A stretch of 63,984 nucleotides of DNA, counting the filler, from Reticulomyxa filosa (taxonomy: Eukaryota; Protista; Foraminifera): NCBI GenBank assembly GCA_000512085.1. It is 20 parts of 20 records of this genome, joined end to end, with 100 filler letters (N's around TTAATTAATTAA, not from the genome) between each part and the next. Parts side by side here need not be neighbours in the genome. Positions count along the whole stretch, not along the records: positions 34,190 to 36,772 come from ASPP01020840.1; positions 36,873 to 40,276 come from ASPP01009290.1; positions 40,377 to 41,376 come from ASPP01042219.1; positions 41,477 to 42,786 come from ASPP01007477.1; positions 42,887 to 57,481 come from ASPP01022789.1; 15 more parts are not named here. The stretch is one strand, 5' to 3'. Position numbers and translations under genes: made by a program. Positions 34,332 to 48,068 of the stretch are shown in pieces. The notes under the pieces were generated by a model. The model made no database searches. It was not told where the DNA came from and saw only the letters and a program-made list of their open reading frames with translations. The stretch's first letter is position 1. Each line of letters starts with the position of its first letter.

Positions 34332-35144
34332 TCCCTAAATGGGGTGTCTATTGGTTTTTAATCTTGGATATAATCGCAAGCATAACAAGCTTGTACTTGT
34401 TTGTGAAACCTCTGTACGATATTAATCAACGCATGGTCGAAAGCGACTTTGAAACACAGATTAGTCAACAAAGCAGTGAATTGCATTCACCATCCCCTTC
34501 GCTGCGTAGCAGTAGTGTCAATAACAATGACCTCAAAATGTCATTCATTATCACAAAATTTGTCATTCTCTTCTCCAGTTATCTTTCGACATTGCTCGCC
34601 CTTTGTTCTCTCCTCTTTTTTTTTTCCCCGCTATCTCTATCTCCACCTCTTCCTTCAAATATGGTTTTTTTTTTATAACGGGATTAAAAAAAAAAAGATT
34701 GCGTTGTTGCCACTATCGTCTCGACGGTTCTCTTTGCACTGACTAAAGCACCCGTCTTTTTGCAATTTGATTGCCTCGTTCATAGTTTTGTTTATATACG
34801 TATTAGATTTATGCATGCATACTTTTTTTTTTTTTTTTTTGGATTTTGGTTCCTCGTTATTTCTGATGTTCCCCCTTCCCCCCCCCCCCTTTTTGTTGGA
34901 TGGAATAGGCTTGTGTTTGATGCTGATGACCAGTTGGTACGGCACGCTTTTTGAGCGACTCTGTTGTACTTGTTTGAGATGCGCGGGCTCAAACAACTTC
35001 CGCGAATATTTGACAAATAAGGTCTCCAATGGCACAATTGGCAGTCCGGGTAAACTCGATCAACACTTGACCGTACAAAATCCTAGCCAACAACCAACTC
35101 ATAGCACTTTACGTGCAAGCTATGACACCAACGAGCAATTGTAA
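34332..35144 (+). CDS. Multi-pass membrane protein (GPCR-like TM5-TM7 and tail), 3' exons
   Basis: LDIIASITSLYLFVKPL, long loop, IITKFVILF, FDCLVHS, LMTSWY..LCCTC. Confidence 0.55.
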
Positions 35145-35744
35145 TCATCCCATTGTTCCCAGTTTGCTTTTGCAATGAAACATTGCCTTTTCTTCCCGAT
35201 ATGACAGAGTCTCTTTGCCAACGCTTATTTTCTCTCCCCAAATAGCCATTGTTTGGATTTGTAGATTGATCAAAAGGAATATGTAGCGTTACATGTTTGT
35301 ATTCTGTTCTCTCTAATATTTTGTATAGTATAAAATGGTGTTTTTTTTTTACTAGCTTTTTTTCCCTCTATTTTGTAATCTCTGACAACTTCTATGTTTT
35401 CTCCATAGCGAAGCTGCAATCTTTACAAAAACTTTTTTTAATTTTCCTTCATTTATTGGAGTTCTGCCCAAAGTGTTAAGAAAGGAAAATTTTGAGAGCC
35501 TAAACAAAAAAAAAAAAAAAATGTTTAACTTCAGCAAGTTTCTTGCTAAACAAAAAAAAAAAAGTTGTTGTTCCCATTGACATTCCAGAAATTTGTTTCT
35601 TGTTTTTAGTAACCAATGAAAAAAAAAAACCCAAATTAATTTGAAACCTATGTACACAGTACGTAATGTGGAGTGAGTGATTGGTTTTCTTCTCATCCAC
35701 AATTTTTTATTCACATCAAAGACACAACTAAATGCTAGTTGCGA

Positions 35745-36772
35745 TCATGGATTTTTTTGTGCAGGAGGATGAGGAGACATTTCGGCCGCATCAAACGCCG
35801 GAGGAATTGGAGACACTGCAGCGGAAATGGCTCTGCCTTTGCGGGTCAATGCTTGAAATTCCTTTTTTTTTTTTTTTTTTGAAAAGGGATATTTGTATAT
35901 GTACAAATAAAATAAAACGAATCAAATAAGGGGGGAACAAAAAAAAAAAAAAAAAGAAGAACTTGAGACGCCATGAAACGTTCCAAAGAATGAAATAGCA
36001 GTTGTGAGACCTCTTTGGCGGCTTCATCAAATCGAATCATGCATCGATCTGGCGATGGTTCTCTGGCCAAGTCTCCGCCGTCGAATCTCCATTTCAACAA
36101 CGTTTGCGATCTCGGCAGAAGATTGACATGCAACTCGGCGTGCGTGGGAATGTACAGCTCATAGAGCAGCTCCATACGATCGTACGTGTCGCTATATGCT
36201 TTCAAAATTTTCGAGTCTCCCGGGATGGCATGCGAAGGAAAGGACATGCGCCACCCCCGAACTTTGTTCAATGGCGGCACCTGTGTCACGATCGACTCTT
36301 TAAAGTGCATCAAGTCCACTAAAAATAGCAAATTTTCTAAACTTTGTTCCCACAATAGCCATTTATAAAAGCCTATTATTATTATTATTTGATTTTTTTT
36401 TTTTTTTTTTTTTTTTTTGAAAAAGAAAAAGAGTCGAAAATGAAGTCAATCCAAAAATAGAGTAAACAATATACACATTTACATATATGTGTATATACCC
36501 TTCATATACTCCGTCCGATTTAATATCCTCAGCAACTCAGGTGTCATAAACTCGACGTCTCGATAAGCGTCGTCTTCTTGATTTTTTTCCAAATGTAGCA
36601 ACACCTGTTGTTCGTTTATTTCTTCTTCTTCCTCTTCTTCGTGTTGGATTTCCTCTTGCAGTTGCTCGGAAGTTACGTGATGATGTGCAATGTTGTGTTG
36701 TTCTTCTGTGTTCAGAGGCCCTCCATTCGTTGTTACACCTCCATTTACTATTAGTATATCGTCGTCGTCGTC
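35745..36772 (-). CDS. RGS-domain protein, 3' exons
   Basis: FYKWLLWEQSLENLLFLVDLMHFK, LYELYIPTHAELHVNL, FDEAAKEVSQLL..SLERF. Confidence 0.85.
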
Positions 36773-36877
36773 NNNNNNNNNNNNNNNNNNNNNNNNNNNN
36801 NNNNNNNNNNNNNNNNTTAATTAATTAANNNNNNNNNNNNNNNNNNNNNNNNNNNNNNNNNNNNNNNNNNNNAAAAA

Positions 36878-36915
<38 letters not shown>

Positions 36916-36940
36916 ATATACATATATGCAAATATACACA

Positions 36941-38138
36941 CCGTGACACAATTGATCAGACATTTGTCTCATCAACAAATCAAATCCAAACGATTGTGAC
37001 AATACTTCTTCCAAAGAAAATTCGGACTTTTGTTGGGTTTTGAGTACTTCGTCGGTGTGCCATTTGTTCAGTTCATTGATATCCGGTGTCGAATCCACTT
37101 CAAAGCCCAATAAATTGCGCTTTTTTAAGGTGGACACCACCCAACTGCTCATGACATACATATTTACAAACAAGAAAAATGCGAGACAATGCGACACCAA
37201 TACATAGAATACATAGAGCATAATTTGGCGACTGCTGCCGTTGCTATCATTACTATCCAATCCTTCCACCGACAAAATGATCAGTATCGTGCTGATTTGC
37301 AACACCACGCATACGAATATACGTTGTATTTCTTCGCGAATGAAATAAGGGTCTTCCGATTTTGGAATATTCACTGCCAACAGAAACACTGCCAGCCAAG
37401 GAATGAGTTGACACAGCCCATAGAAAAACAATGCCACCAGTCGAAGCCATACCCATGTCGTTTTCGGCAGCAGCGACGTGGGTATGGACAACAACGTCGA
37501 TATTATGACCAGTCCCAGCACTCGCACTCCAACATATTTTACATTGCCATATGTCCTTTCATTTTGTAAAAACATATTCTTTGGGATTTTGTCATCGATC
37601 AGTTCATACCATTTGCATTGCTCACGAGCTTGAGTTATCTTCACGTCCCAGTATGCAAGGAACTAGATCGTTTTTGTTTTTTTTTCCAAATTATATGTTG
37701 TTGCTTAAGTAATCAACACGGAAACAAAAAGAGCAAAAGAGAGATGAGAGGAGGAGAAAAAAAAAAAATGCACTATGCGCAGTTGTTTTTTTTTATATGC
37801 TGGTATGGGCCTCTTCGAAATATAATCCTTACCACACGAAGTACTAATGAATATATCCACGACAATCCTGTAAATGTTTGGAGTACATGGAAAACCACTC
37901 CCGTTGCTGGAGACAACTGAAAAAATTTGTGCGTTATCGGGATCAAATACGCCAAAATTAGTGCAGAGCCGCATACCAACGTCAGGTATACCAATGGGTA
38001 TGTGCGCCGCTTGTTCAAAACTAACGAGTTCTGATTTTTTTTTATTTCCCAGATAAAATAAATGCAGCCACCAACATAACTCAAGAAGATTAAAACAGTC
38101 AATCCATACAGAATAATCAACACAATATTTGCGCCCAT
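36941..38138 (-). CDS. 7TM-RGS-like protein, 3'-truncated
   Basis: About seven hydrophobic segments, DPYFIREE motif, then SLEEVLSQSFGFDLLMRQM (RGS helices 1-3). Confidence 0.7.
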
Positions 38139-38625
38139 GCCTTGACGATCAGAAGAAAATAAGAGGGGAGAATAAAGCCACTGCTTCTTTTTTTGTCGTT
38201 TCCAAAACTCTTTCTGTGGCAGAGGCGGAACACAAGAGAAAATCTCTGAATTATTAAGATTTTTCATTTGGAAACAGAGAGCACATGAGTAAAAGAAAAC
38301 AATGTTTCTTGGCATTGTTTTTAACATTTATAACACTAACATTGCGATCAATCAATAGATTTAGTTAAGATTGCTCATTCTTTTGTTGAAAATGGATTAT
38401 AACCCAACAGAAGACCGCTCATCAACATTGACCTGAACATGGAAATGTATCGTTAAATTTTTTTGGAGGAAAAAAAATATTAATGAAACTAATAACAACA
38501 AGTGGAAGAGATTCCCTTATGATTTTGTCGTCAACTCTTGACAACAAAGCTCTTTGAACAATACATTCAAATTTGCACAGAAAAAAAAAAATTATAGTTG
38601 ATTCGGCACATTGCTGTTGTATCAA

Positions 38626-40208
38626 TTAATCGGTATCATTATGTTCCGCTTCATTTCCAGCATCGGAATTATCTTTTCCGTTATTAGAGTTTTTTTCATT
38701 AGGACTTTGAGGAAGAGATTGTGTGTGAATATCATTTTTTGAATCGTCATGTTTGCGTTTTTTGGGGCCAAAACCAACCTCCAACATTTTAGCTAAGAAA
38801 CGTCTCCGATACATGGTTGGTTCCATACATGACAATCCTTCTCCGTCGTCACAGCACAAATAAACTTTATAAAAACGCTCAAATCTTTTAAAGTTGTTCC
38901 AGTCTTGCAAAATGTCAATTATTCCAATACAATAAAATCCTGGGCCTTCAATCAGCTCTGCTTTCATTGTGCTTTTATGATCTTGAACTATGCGCATGTC
39001 TTCATTTCCTTGGAGCAAAGCATCTGCCCGTTTCTTTGTGTCTTTTCCTTTGGCTGTCCAATTGTTGGAAAGGGGTAGAACAAGTGTACATGTGCAAAAG
39101 ATGTTATCAAAATTTAAGGAAAAGAAAGAACAAAGGCAAGTAAGAAAACATAAAAAAAATTGCACACCAGCAGTTTTGACTTGACGAAATGTTTGTTCAT
39201 CTTCAAGATCGTCAGAGGGAAGTCTTGTCAGCGGTGTCCCCAAATCCTTCAGTTTGAGATCACTACTTTTTAGCATTGGAGCCAAAGCGGGGTGCAACCC
39301 GTCTGCCGACATACCTGATTGGGTGACCGATATAGTTTTGATTGGTTGCGGCGTTAATGATTTCACATCCAATTTCAATCGACTTGCGGTTTGCAATTTG
39401 GGGGCTTGATACCCTTGATTTCGATTGGTATGGACGGAATCTTTGAATTTGATTTCGCGTAGACAAGCCACATGTCTTGTTTTGTTCATCAAACACAACA
39501 AAACAAAGAACATACCGTAGAGAGGTGCAAATACCCAATCGCTGGAATAAATGTGTGAAGAATCAAGTCCAACATTATATATTCCCAACATCAAAGAGTA
39601 ATCCATCACCTGAGAACGCTCTAAAAACTTGGTGTCTGCTTTCAGTTGTTTCCACACCTTGATTGATATATCTTCAGGTAGCAACACATTCTTGTGGAAG
39701 TCACGATCTTTCATCACTTTCTAGTCGCATTGTCCCATCCCCGCCCCCAGCCATCACGACAAATTTATTTAAAAATACAAAACAAGGGGTGGGAAATAAA
39801 TTGTTTGGGTTTAGTTCAACTCCAATTTCAGTATGGTGGCGGGTGACTCTGCGAACGAATGAACCTTTTAGGTCGTAACGTTCATGCGGGGTATAGCCCG
39901 GAACAAATATATTGTTCATGACCACAAAGTATAGTTTTGTCCCATAGATATGTATACAGTGTAACCTGGTCGCAATCAAAACAAAACAAATTTATTTATT
40001 TATTTTTTTTTACGCGATATGCTTTTTGGTTGTGTCAGACAATGATGATATCGACTTACCCAAAATATTTGTTGATCAAAGAGGATTGATAGGTCTTGAG
40101 ATGTTCTACATAAGATGGTAACATTCGCACCAAGGTCGGTGCTTCATCGAATTCTCGCAGGGATTTGATAAAGTATTTGGAATCTGGTGTTAAGAAAAAG
40201 AATGCCCT
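38626..40208 (-). CDS. Phosphatidylinositol-phosphate kinase (PIP5K family), 5'-truncated, multi-exon
   Basis: FFFLTPDSKYFIKS, VVMNNIF, YDLKGS, KDRDF, MDYSLMLG, IGIIDILQ. Confidence 0.93.
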
Positions 40209-40227
40209 ACATGTGAGACAAGTTGTC

Positions 40228-40259
<32 letters not shown>

Positions 40260-40376
40260 AATTTTTTTTTTTTTTTNNNNNNNNNNNNNNNNNNNNNNNN
40301 NNNNNNNNNNNNNNNNNNNNTTAATTAATTAANNNNNNNNNNNNNNNNNNNNNNNNNNNNNNNNNNNNNNNNNNNN

Positions 40377-41376
40377 CTCATTCTCATTCCACGGAGAAAA
40401 CGAAAGAAACAGAACAGATTCTATGGTACCGCCATTACATTGAATTGGAAATACTGAAGGAGATCATGTTGGACTGTATAAAAGAAAAGTGCAGTATTCC
40501 CGAATTATTAACAATCACTGTGGCCGAATGGCAGACAGAAAATAAGATCAACGCAGCCAATTTAAGAGGGGGGGATATCGACGACAAGGAAGACGAAAAA
40601 AAAGACGCAACGCTTTCAAGGGAAAACAACACATTCGAAAGCAAATGGCCGGAAATCGACGCCTTGCGTGGTTTGATCGAAAAGTTTCACAACACTCCTG
40701 TCGATAGCAACACTCGTGTGATTGAGGCTATTTCTGACGATGTTCGAGCACTTGAAATGAAACAGAAAATACAATTTTATCAAAGTGAAGGAGTCAATGA
40801 TATTCCAATTCTTGGCACGCTTTCACAATATAAAAAACCCAAAGTTTTGCGAATCTACGTTCATGTACCCAATACCGGCTCTAACAACGCGCAGCCCATC
40901 AAACAAATTTTTCTGCAATTTAATTCAATCTCCACTGGTAGTTTTTATTTTTGTTTATACGATTGACATATACGTATACGTGTATGTGGTGTGTATGTAT
41001 GTATATGTGCATATTCAAATGCCCTTATTATTGTTATGACAATCATTTTTGTTTTATTTGATTGTATGAACACAAACCAGTACGATATAAGCTACATCCA
41101 TTGGCAGATGATAGCGCTTCATTGTATTGGAGCGATTTTCGGGTGAACAATGACACGAAGTTGCATGTGCGCGTCTTCGGCAATCAGTCCATGGTTCTCC
41201 TTAAAGGGGATATCCCCGGACATGCGAGTGCCTGGTTCTTGAAGGAGTCGTCATTTTGGCAGGACGTGAAAGACGTGGTACTCACTTCATCACGAAACAG
41301 TTCTCCAAGTCGATTGATATTGGAACATTTGACAAATTCAATTGACGACATTGAGTCATCTCGGTTGGCAAAGGAG
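40377..41376 (+). CDS. Internal fragment of a hypothetical protein
   Basis: ORFs 40445-40966 and 41062-41424 separated by a GT..AG intron containing an RY tract. Confidence 0.55.
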
Positions 41377-41489
41377 NNNNNNNNNNNNNNNNNNNNNNNN
41401 NNNNNNNNNNNNNNNNNNNNTTAATTAATTAANNNNNNNNNNNNNNNNNNNNNNNNNNNNNNNNNNNNNNNNNNNNAAAAAAAAAAAGT

Positions 41490-41840
41490 GCCTGGTGAAA
41501 TTAGTGGGACACCCAATTCATATCTTTTTTGATTGAATTTTTTACACTCTGAGTCCACGAAGTCGTCGTCTGGTAATGGCTCGTCCATCAACTTTTCTTC
41601 CCATGGCACTGTTTGCACAAAATTGTCTAGTGTTCGTTGTTTAGCTCCGCTTTTTGTTTGTTCGGACATTGTTTCACTGTCATTGTTCTTGTCAACGCTG
41701 ACTCGTTTTGCTTCTACCTCAGAGGGCGTTGTTGGTTGGTTAAATGATGCATTCGGTTTATATGGATCTTTCTCAAATATAGCATAGTAGTCTTCAGGAT
41801 CAAGTTTATCGATATTAATGTTTGAAGAACCCGTTTCCAT
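41490..41840 (-). CDS. First exon of a hypothetical protein
   Basis: METGSSNINIDKLDPEDYY..QRTLDNF.., followed by T-rich intron-like sequence. Confidence 0.45.
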
Positions 41841-42213
41841 ATGAAAGTTGTTCTTGTTGTCTTCCTTTTTTTTCTTTCTCTCACTATTCCCTTCGAGGAA
41901 CAAGCACTTCAGTAAAGTATTCAAAGATGATGATCGCACTCAAACATATTTTGATTGATTAGAATTACTCCATGTTACTTCTAAATATTCAAAAAAAAGT
42001 GACTCTGATAAAATTTTCACTGTTAGAGCTAAAATTAATTGTTTATCTTCTGCCTTTGCTTTCATATATCAATGAAAGCCGTTGTAAACACACCTCCACA
42101 GTGTTTTTTTTTCCAGCATTATTGTAATCAGTCAAATAATGTGTATTTATCGTGTCCGTTAGAAACAAGGGAAGGAAGCGTCCTTAAGACGAACGGCCAA
42201 CCCGTCAATCATC

Positions 42214-42652
42214 ATGCCCAACAGAATTTGTTTATTTGTACCACTTTTCATAATTTTTTTTCAAAATTGGGTGGTCTTATTGGGTGCTTTTGAGTTGCCA
42301 ATTTCATGTCTGCCTCCGTCAGTGTTAATGTCGATATTTTCCAGGAACACAACTGCGCCAACTTCAAGCCCAACATATGCCCCAAGCACACCTCCTCCGA
42401 AAACACAAAGCCCAACGATGGTCCCAACAACAACGATGACACCAACAATGACACCAACAATGACCCCAACAGCCTACACGCCTTGGCAGGTGATGTGCTG
42501 TAGGGATATCCAATTCGATTTCCAATGTCATCGCAATTACCAAAATGCAGTGTGTCAATGGAACATGGACGGCGAAATATTTGCACTTGATTTTAGTTAT
42601 TGTGGTTTGAATGGTACAATTCCAACTGAATTGCAATACTTTCAAAGCTTGG
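42214..42652 (+). CDS. Secreted or surface LRR protein with a Pro/Thr mucin-like stalk, first exon
   Basis: Signal peptide; PTMT repeats; IFALDFSYCGLNGTIPTELQYFQSL plant-type LRR; GTATG donor. Confidence 0.75.
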
Positions 42653-42886
42653 GTATGTATATGAGTGTGTGTGGCGTGCATACATATATGCATATGTGTA
42701 TGCATGGATATGTACATATTTACATATACATATGTTTATATAAAAAAAAAAAAAGGGGAACATTAAAAAAAAAAAAAAAAAAAAAANNNNNNNNNNNNNN
42801 NNNNNNNNNNNNNNNNNNNNNNNNNNNNNNTTAATTAATTAANNNNNNNNNNNNNNNNNNNNNNNNNNNNNNNNNNNNNNNNNNNN

Positions 42887-43259
42887 GTGAGTTGCGATCT
42901 TGCGTGACGGTGGAAACACTTGGCTGACGGTGCAAATTTTTTGCGGTTGCTGCAATGTCGATCGCTTGTTGGGCCAAAAAAAGCCAGGTTTCTCTAAGCT
43001 CTTTGTCCACTTTGATGTACTCGCGAAGCATGGATTGAAGATCGGGAAGATTGGCTTGCTCGCGTTTCTCGCTTGTCTCATGTTGTGGTAAGAAATGCTT
43101 GTCGATACAATAGACGATTCCTGGAAGCTTGTGCAAAACAATCACGTGCTCGTCTTTGTCTCTGTTTAATTCGTTGTCGTTTTTTGTTGGAATTGGCCAA
43201 AAAAACAACACTGTTGTATTACACTTTCTCTCGGAAACTGACAGCACAACCACAGTCAA
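42887..43259 (-). CDS. Hypothetical protein, 5' part
   Basis: Open ORF divergent from the LMBR1-domain gene; start uncertain. Confidence 0.35.
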
Positions 43260-43472
43260 GAATGGCTGATTAGAAAAAAGCTATAACTTTCACTTCTCTC
43301 AATGTATATACTAAAGAAAAACGATTAAAAATACTTATTCTTTTGTCGTTTTTCTTGATGCTAAAACCAAAGAATAAAACAATAAAACACTCGTACGTTT
43401 TGGACTTTTGAGTAGCGGTTTGCCTTAGGTTTTTCAGTTGATTTCTGGTTATTTGGAACAATTTCCATCCTC

Positions 43473-46047
43473 ATGGTGAGTATACCAGCCTTAATCTATG
43501 TAACCTTAAGTGTAGTGGCTTTAGTAATTTTTGTCACTTGGCTGGTTAGGTATTTTGCTCATTCCTCAGTAACGTGGGATGTACGAGCCGTAGTGTGGAT
43601 ATCGTGGGTACTAAGCACGATTATCGTCTGCGTTTTGCCGTTGGATCTGAGATCAGGAGAAGTGGACACAGCAGCACTATATCCATTTTATGGATTTTTA
43701 TATTGGATATGTTTCATACTGACATGGTTTATTATACCAATTTTGCAAGGGTTAGTAGAAAAGGTCCATTCAAAAAAATAATAATGAACGACATCATTAT
43801 ATAAATAGGTACAAAATTTCAGGGAGTTTTACCCGTCGAGGAAAGTTGATGGATTCGTTGCGAATGAATCTAATTTTTTACGGAATTGTTAAGTATTATA
43901 AAGAGTAATATTATTGTGCAACCTGGCATGTTTCAAATCGTACAAAAAAAAGATAGTCAACAGTGGCAATGGCGATTGGATTCTTCTATTTGTTGTTTAC
44001 AACCCATTTGAGTGCCGCTCGTGTGATAGCATTAGCCCAATCCTTGGGTAATTTGTGGGGTTTGTCGCTGGCGATATTGACAGTGGGCTATGGATTAGTG
44101 GAAATCCCCCGTTTGCTTTGGTACCGATCGAATCACAAAAAACGAACCCAATACTTGATGTGGAGATTGGCACAGCTGCAAAGCGAAAAAGATGAAGCGC
44201 ATGACCGCGTGGACGAATACGTATATTTATTCCGTTATTTTGAAAAGAAGTTTCAACACAAACACACATTTCTTCAAAGTCAAATCGCAATCGTCAAAGA
44301 TACGCTGATACACCATCAATTATATGAAAAAGAGATTGTCAGTCCAGATATTACTCAGACTAAGATTAAAGAGGATATTGACAAAGGAGAGATTAGCGAA
44401 AAGCTTCTTGGTATTTTTTTTGGTGATGTATATATGGACCATCCAATAACTAGCACTTATAAAAAAAAAAAAAAATAGCCAAAATTCATACCGAGCTAAA
44501 AATCTGGATATTTGAATTAGAACGGAGTGAATCGTGGTGGTACAAAACAGCTCATGACGTATTAATATTGGAATTGTCATTGAAACAAAAACAGAGTCTG
44601 AAACGTCAGTCACTGACCAACTCGACTTCAACAAAAAAACAATGGAAACGAGACACCTCCTCTTCTTTTCATAGGATAAACAGCTCCGATGCCAATGGAA
44701 ACCATTCGCTGCATAAATCGAAAGATCATCGTTCATTGGACAATGACAAAAAATTCAAACTCGGAAGAGCGACAAAAGAAAAAGTTCGAAGCGAGGAAGA
44801 AAATGATGACGAAGATGAAGATGATGACAATCATGTCACTAATGATAGCAATCCCCAAAATCGGAAAGATGAAGCGGAAGAGAGTCAATTGGAGTTACAT
44901 TTGAATGCGACCCATCAGCCCTCTTTTGATGAAATTCGACAACTGAATGCCACTGCTAAAATGTATTGGTATGCACACATTTATGTTGTCCCCGTTCTCC
45001 AAAAAGTCTTTGCTATTGCCTTTGGAATATTATCTCTTGTTTTCATTTGGTCCGAAATTGCTTTGGCATTTAATATTCACTGGTCTATCTTTGCAATTGT
45101 GGCGAATGAGTTCGACGTACATACACTATATTTTTATACAATCTATGTATACATTATTACCATGTGCATATATGTATATATGAAATATTTTCTATTGAAT
45201 AACTCATTGAACAATTCTATTGATATAGCAATGGCGTTGGAATATTAACACTTGGAACAGTATCCTTTGCTTATGCTAGTACTTGTTCACTATTTTCATT
45301 GTGGCAATTGCGTTTAGGAAAACTATATCATATGCATGCGCATCAATTGACAGATGACAGCTCCCTGTTATCTAATGCTACCTTTTGCACGAGACTTATG
45401 TTTCCTTTGGGATTCAATTTTATCTTAATCAGTGATGCCACTCAACGCTCTTCTTACTCAAAGTTGTTCGCGCAAATGGAACAACTGCCATTGCTAGGGA
45501 ATCCTGTCAATACCTTCCTGCCGCTTCTCATTTGTTTGTTTTGTCTGGCGACCTGGCTCAACTTATACGCAAAATTATTAAAGTACCTCAGAATTTCTAG
45601 ATTTGAATTTGCTGATCCTAATAGTTTATTTTATTTCTATTTTTATTTTTTTTGAGTTGATCACAAAACCATTATCCAACTAAAACTATTATGCAACAAA
45701 AGAGTCACAAGAAGTAGCTGATCAGATTGCTACCGGTCAAATGTTAATGCGCAATTTTAAACGAACTCTGAAATCAGACAACGCTTTAAGGGAACAGTTT
45801 GAACAACAGTTCAATCAATGGACATCACATTCTATCAAATCGACTTCCCCTCACGACATCACACGCTTGATGACCGATCAAATTCGTCAAAAACGACGCG
45901 AAAATAGGCAGGGCATTCTTTCAAACGACTCGCTCAAAAATAATGGTTTGTATTATTTAGTTATGCATTTTGTGTTGTATTGATTGTAAGTGTTTATGAC
46001 ATATAGAAAAAGATACATTGGAATTAGAGAGAATTAGCACCAAGTAA
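43473..46047 (+). CDS. LMBR1-domain membrane protein (LMBRD2-like), multi-exon
   Basis: VLPLDL, YWICFILTWFIIPILQ, NLWGL..GYGLVEIPR.LW, HQLTDDSSLLSNA...RL..PLGFNF. Confidence 0.9.
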
Positions 46048-46627
46048 AATAATCCAATGTTATAATAATGAGGTAGAAAGGTCTCAATTTTGATCAGCTT
46101 GACCTTCTAAACGGATTGTTGGTTGTCATATCGGAGTGTAATTATCCAAACATTCCTCTCTTTTCTTCGAGATTCTAAATAGTTTTTGCTTTAACAATTT
46201 GGAAATATAAAAACCAAAACTTGAGAATGTGACACTGAGGTTATCACTTCAATATCAATTTTCTCAAATTTTGTGCTTTATTTTTGTCTCGTCACTCTGC
46301 CATGAATTTTCGAAAATTAATGTAATTTTTCTTCTTTCGTGCATTTTGTAAAAATTCTTACGCTAAGCTTAAAGACCGATTTTAACAATTGAAAATTTAC
46401 CAAAATTACAAAAGGGGAGGAGCAGCTAAGAATTAACCACGTGTTGTGGACTGCAAATTTGCTATTGGGTGACTCGGAAAAAGAATGAAACAAGTACTTG
46501 AATATTAATTTGCCACAAACCGTCAATAAAAACAAGAAACTTTAGATGACGACTCAGGGCTCTAAAAGATGAACAAAAGACAACAAAAATAAGGACAGAG
46601 CACCATGATCTGAAAAATCTGCTTTGT

Positions 46628-47861
46628 TTAATTATCGAAATATTTCATACAATGATTCAAGTCCTTGTCAGGAATAAAGACATAAGGTTCATGTCTTAAA
46701 GGAAAATTAATAGTGGCGAAAGTGGTTTCATCACGAGGAGGTTGGTTAATACGACCGATGTCATTATCATCGTTGTTAACAATACCAAAGAACTCATCAG
46801 TATGCAGTCTATCACTTTTACCAGGTTCAGTCTCATCAAACCTTAACTTCATTTGTAAATTAATAGAGTAATCTGTTTCAATACTCAAACGGATCAAATT
46901 TTCCTTTGTTACATTGTAATAGCCTTCATACACACGACAGTCCTTCCGTGAAGTGGTGGCCCCTTATTGACAGATATGAATGAAGATTAAAATAGTCCAA
47001 CAAACAAAACATATTGTTTTTCTGGAACAGCTGAAAAAATAAAATAAAAAACAATTGCAAGCACTATACTCGGAAGTGGTCGATACACTCGAAGCGGGAA
47101 AAAGCATTCGAAATCTTTGAACTTAGTAGGATCACATTTTGTTAATGCATAGCGAACTAACTTGTGAGGGGCTATCGTTGTAGAGATATCATTGGCATCA
47201 CGTCCATTTGTGTTGTTATCGCCCTTCGGATGTTCAGAGTAATTCTTTTTTTTAGAGCTTTTTTTTTTTCTTCTTTTTGCTGTTTTTGTTTGTTCGTTTG
47301 TGCGTTTGTCATAACATTATCTTGATTCCTCATTGTTTCTTGCTTTGCTGGCAAAAAGCGAAGGTATCGATAGTACTCGATTTTGGTGTATGGACAAATC
47401 CTCAAATTCTTATTTTCATCACTTGGCAATGCTGCTTCTGCTTCCACATAATACACTACATGACAGATGTACATTCCTCAAACTATTTCAAATGTTTTTT
47501 TTTTTCTTTTACTTTCTTTTTTTTTTTTGTAGCTAAGTTTTTTTGTTTGTACCCGAATCTTTTTATTGTGAACGTAATATTTGAAATATGAATGATTGTA
47601 GCTCTTGTTCAAAGTCTGACGAGGGACTTTGTTTGGAAAACATTGTAAACAATGCCATTTCCACAATCCATTGTCCAATGCAGTTTCACTCCATTGTTTG
47701 CAGATTACTCGACAGGACGCCACTTCAGCCGGATACAGCCACTGTGCAACTTGGAATATTATATCATCCGTTGACAAGATCAGAGCTATGAAATTCACGT
47801 TAGGATTTTCCGAATATTTTGTTAATGGTAAGATATGTCGCTTTTCTCCTCCTGCTGACAT
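46628..47861 (-). CDS. F-box protein, multi-exon
   Basis: LSTDDIIFQVAQWL..AEVASCRVICKQWSETALDNGLWKWHC. Confidence 0.75.
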
Positions 47862-48068
47862 TATGTTACCAGAACGTGTAATTGTAAGGGAACGAAAAGG
47901 CACTTTACAAAAATATCAGTTCTGGTGGCTATTTTTAGAACAAAAATTAAAATTTATTGTTTTTTATGAGATATTTTTGCAAACATAGGTTACCAAACTA
48001 GCTTTCGCTTGTTTTGTTCAAAACGTGAAAAAGTTAGAAGTCTCACCTTGCATGTTAAAAAAAACATA

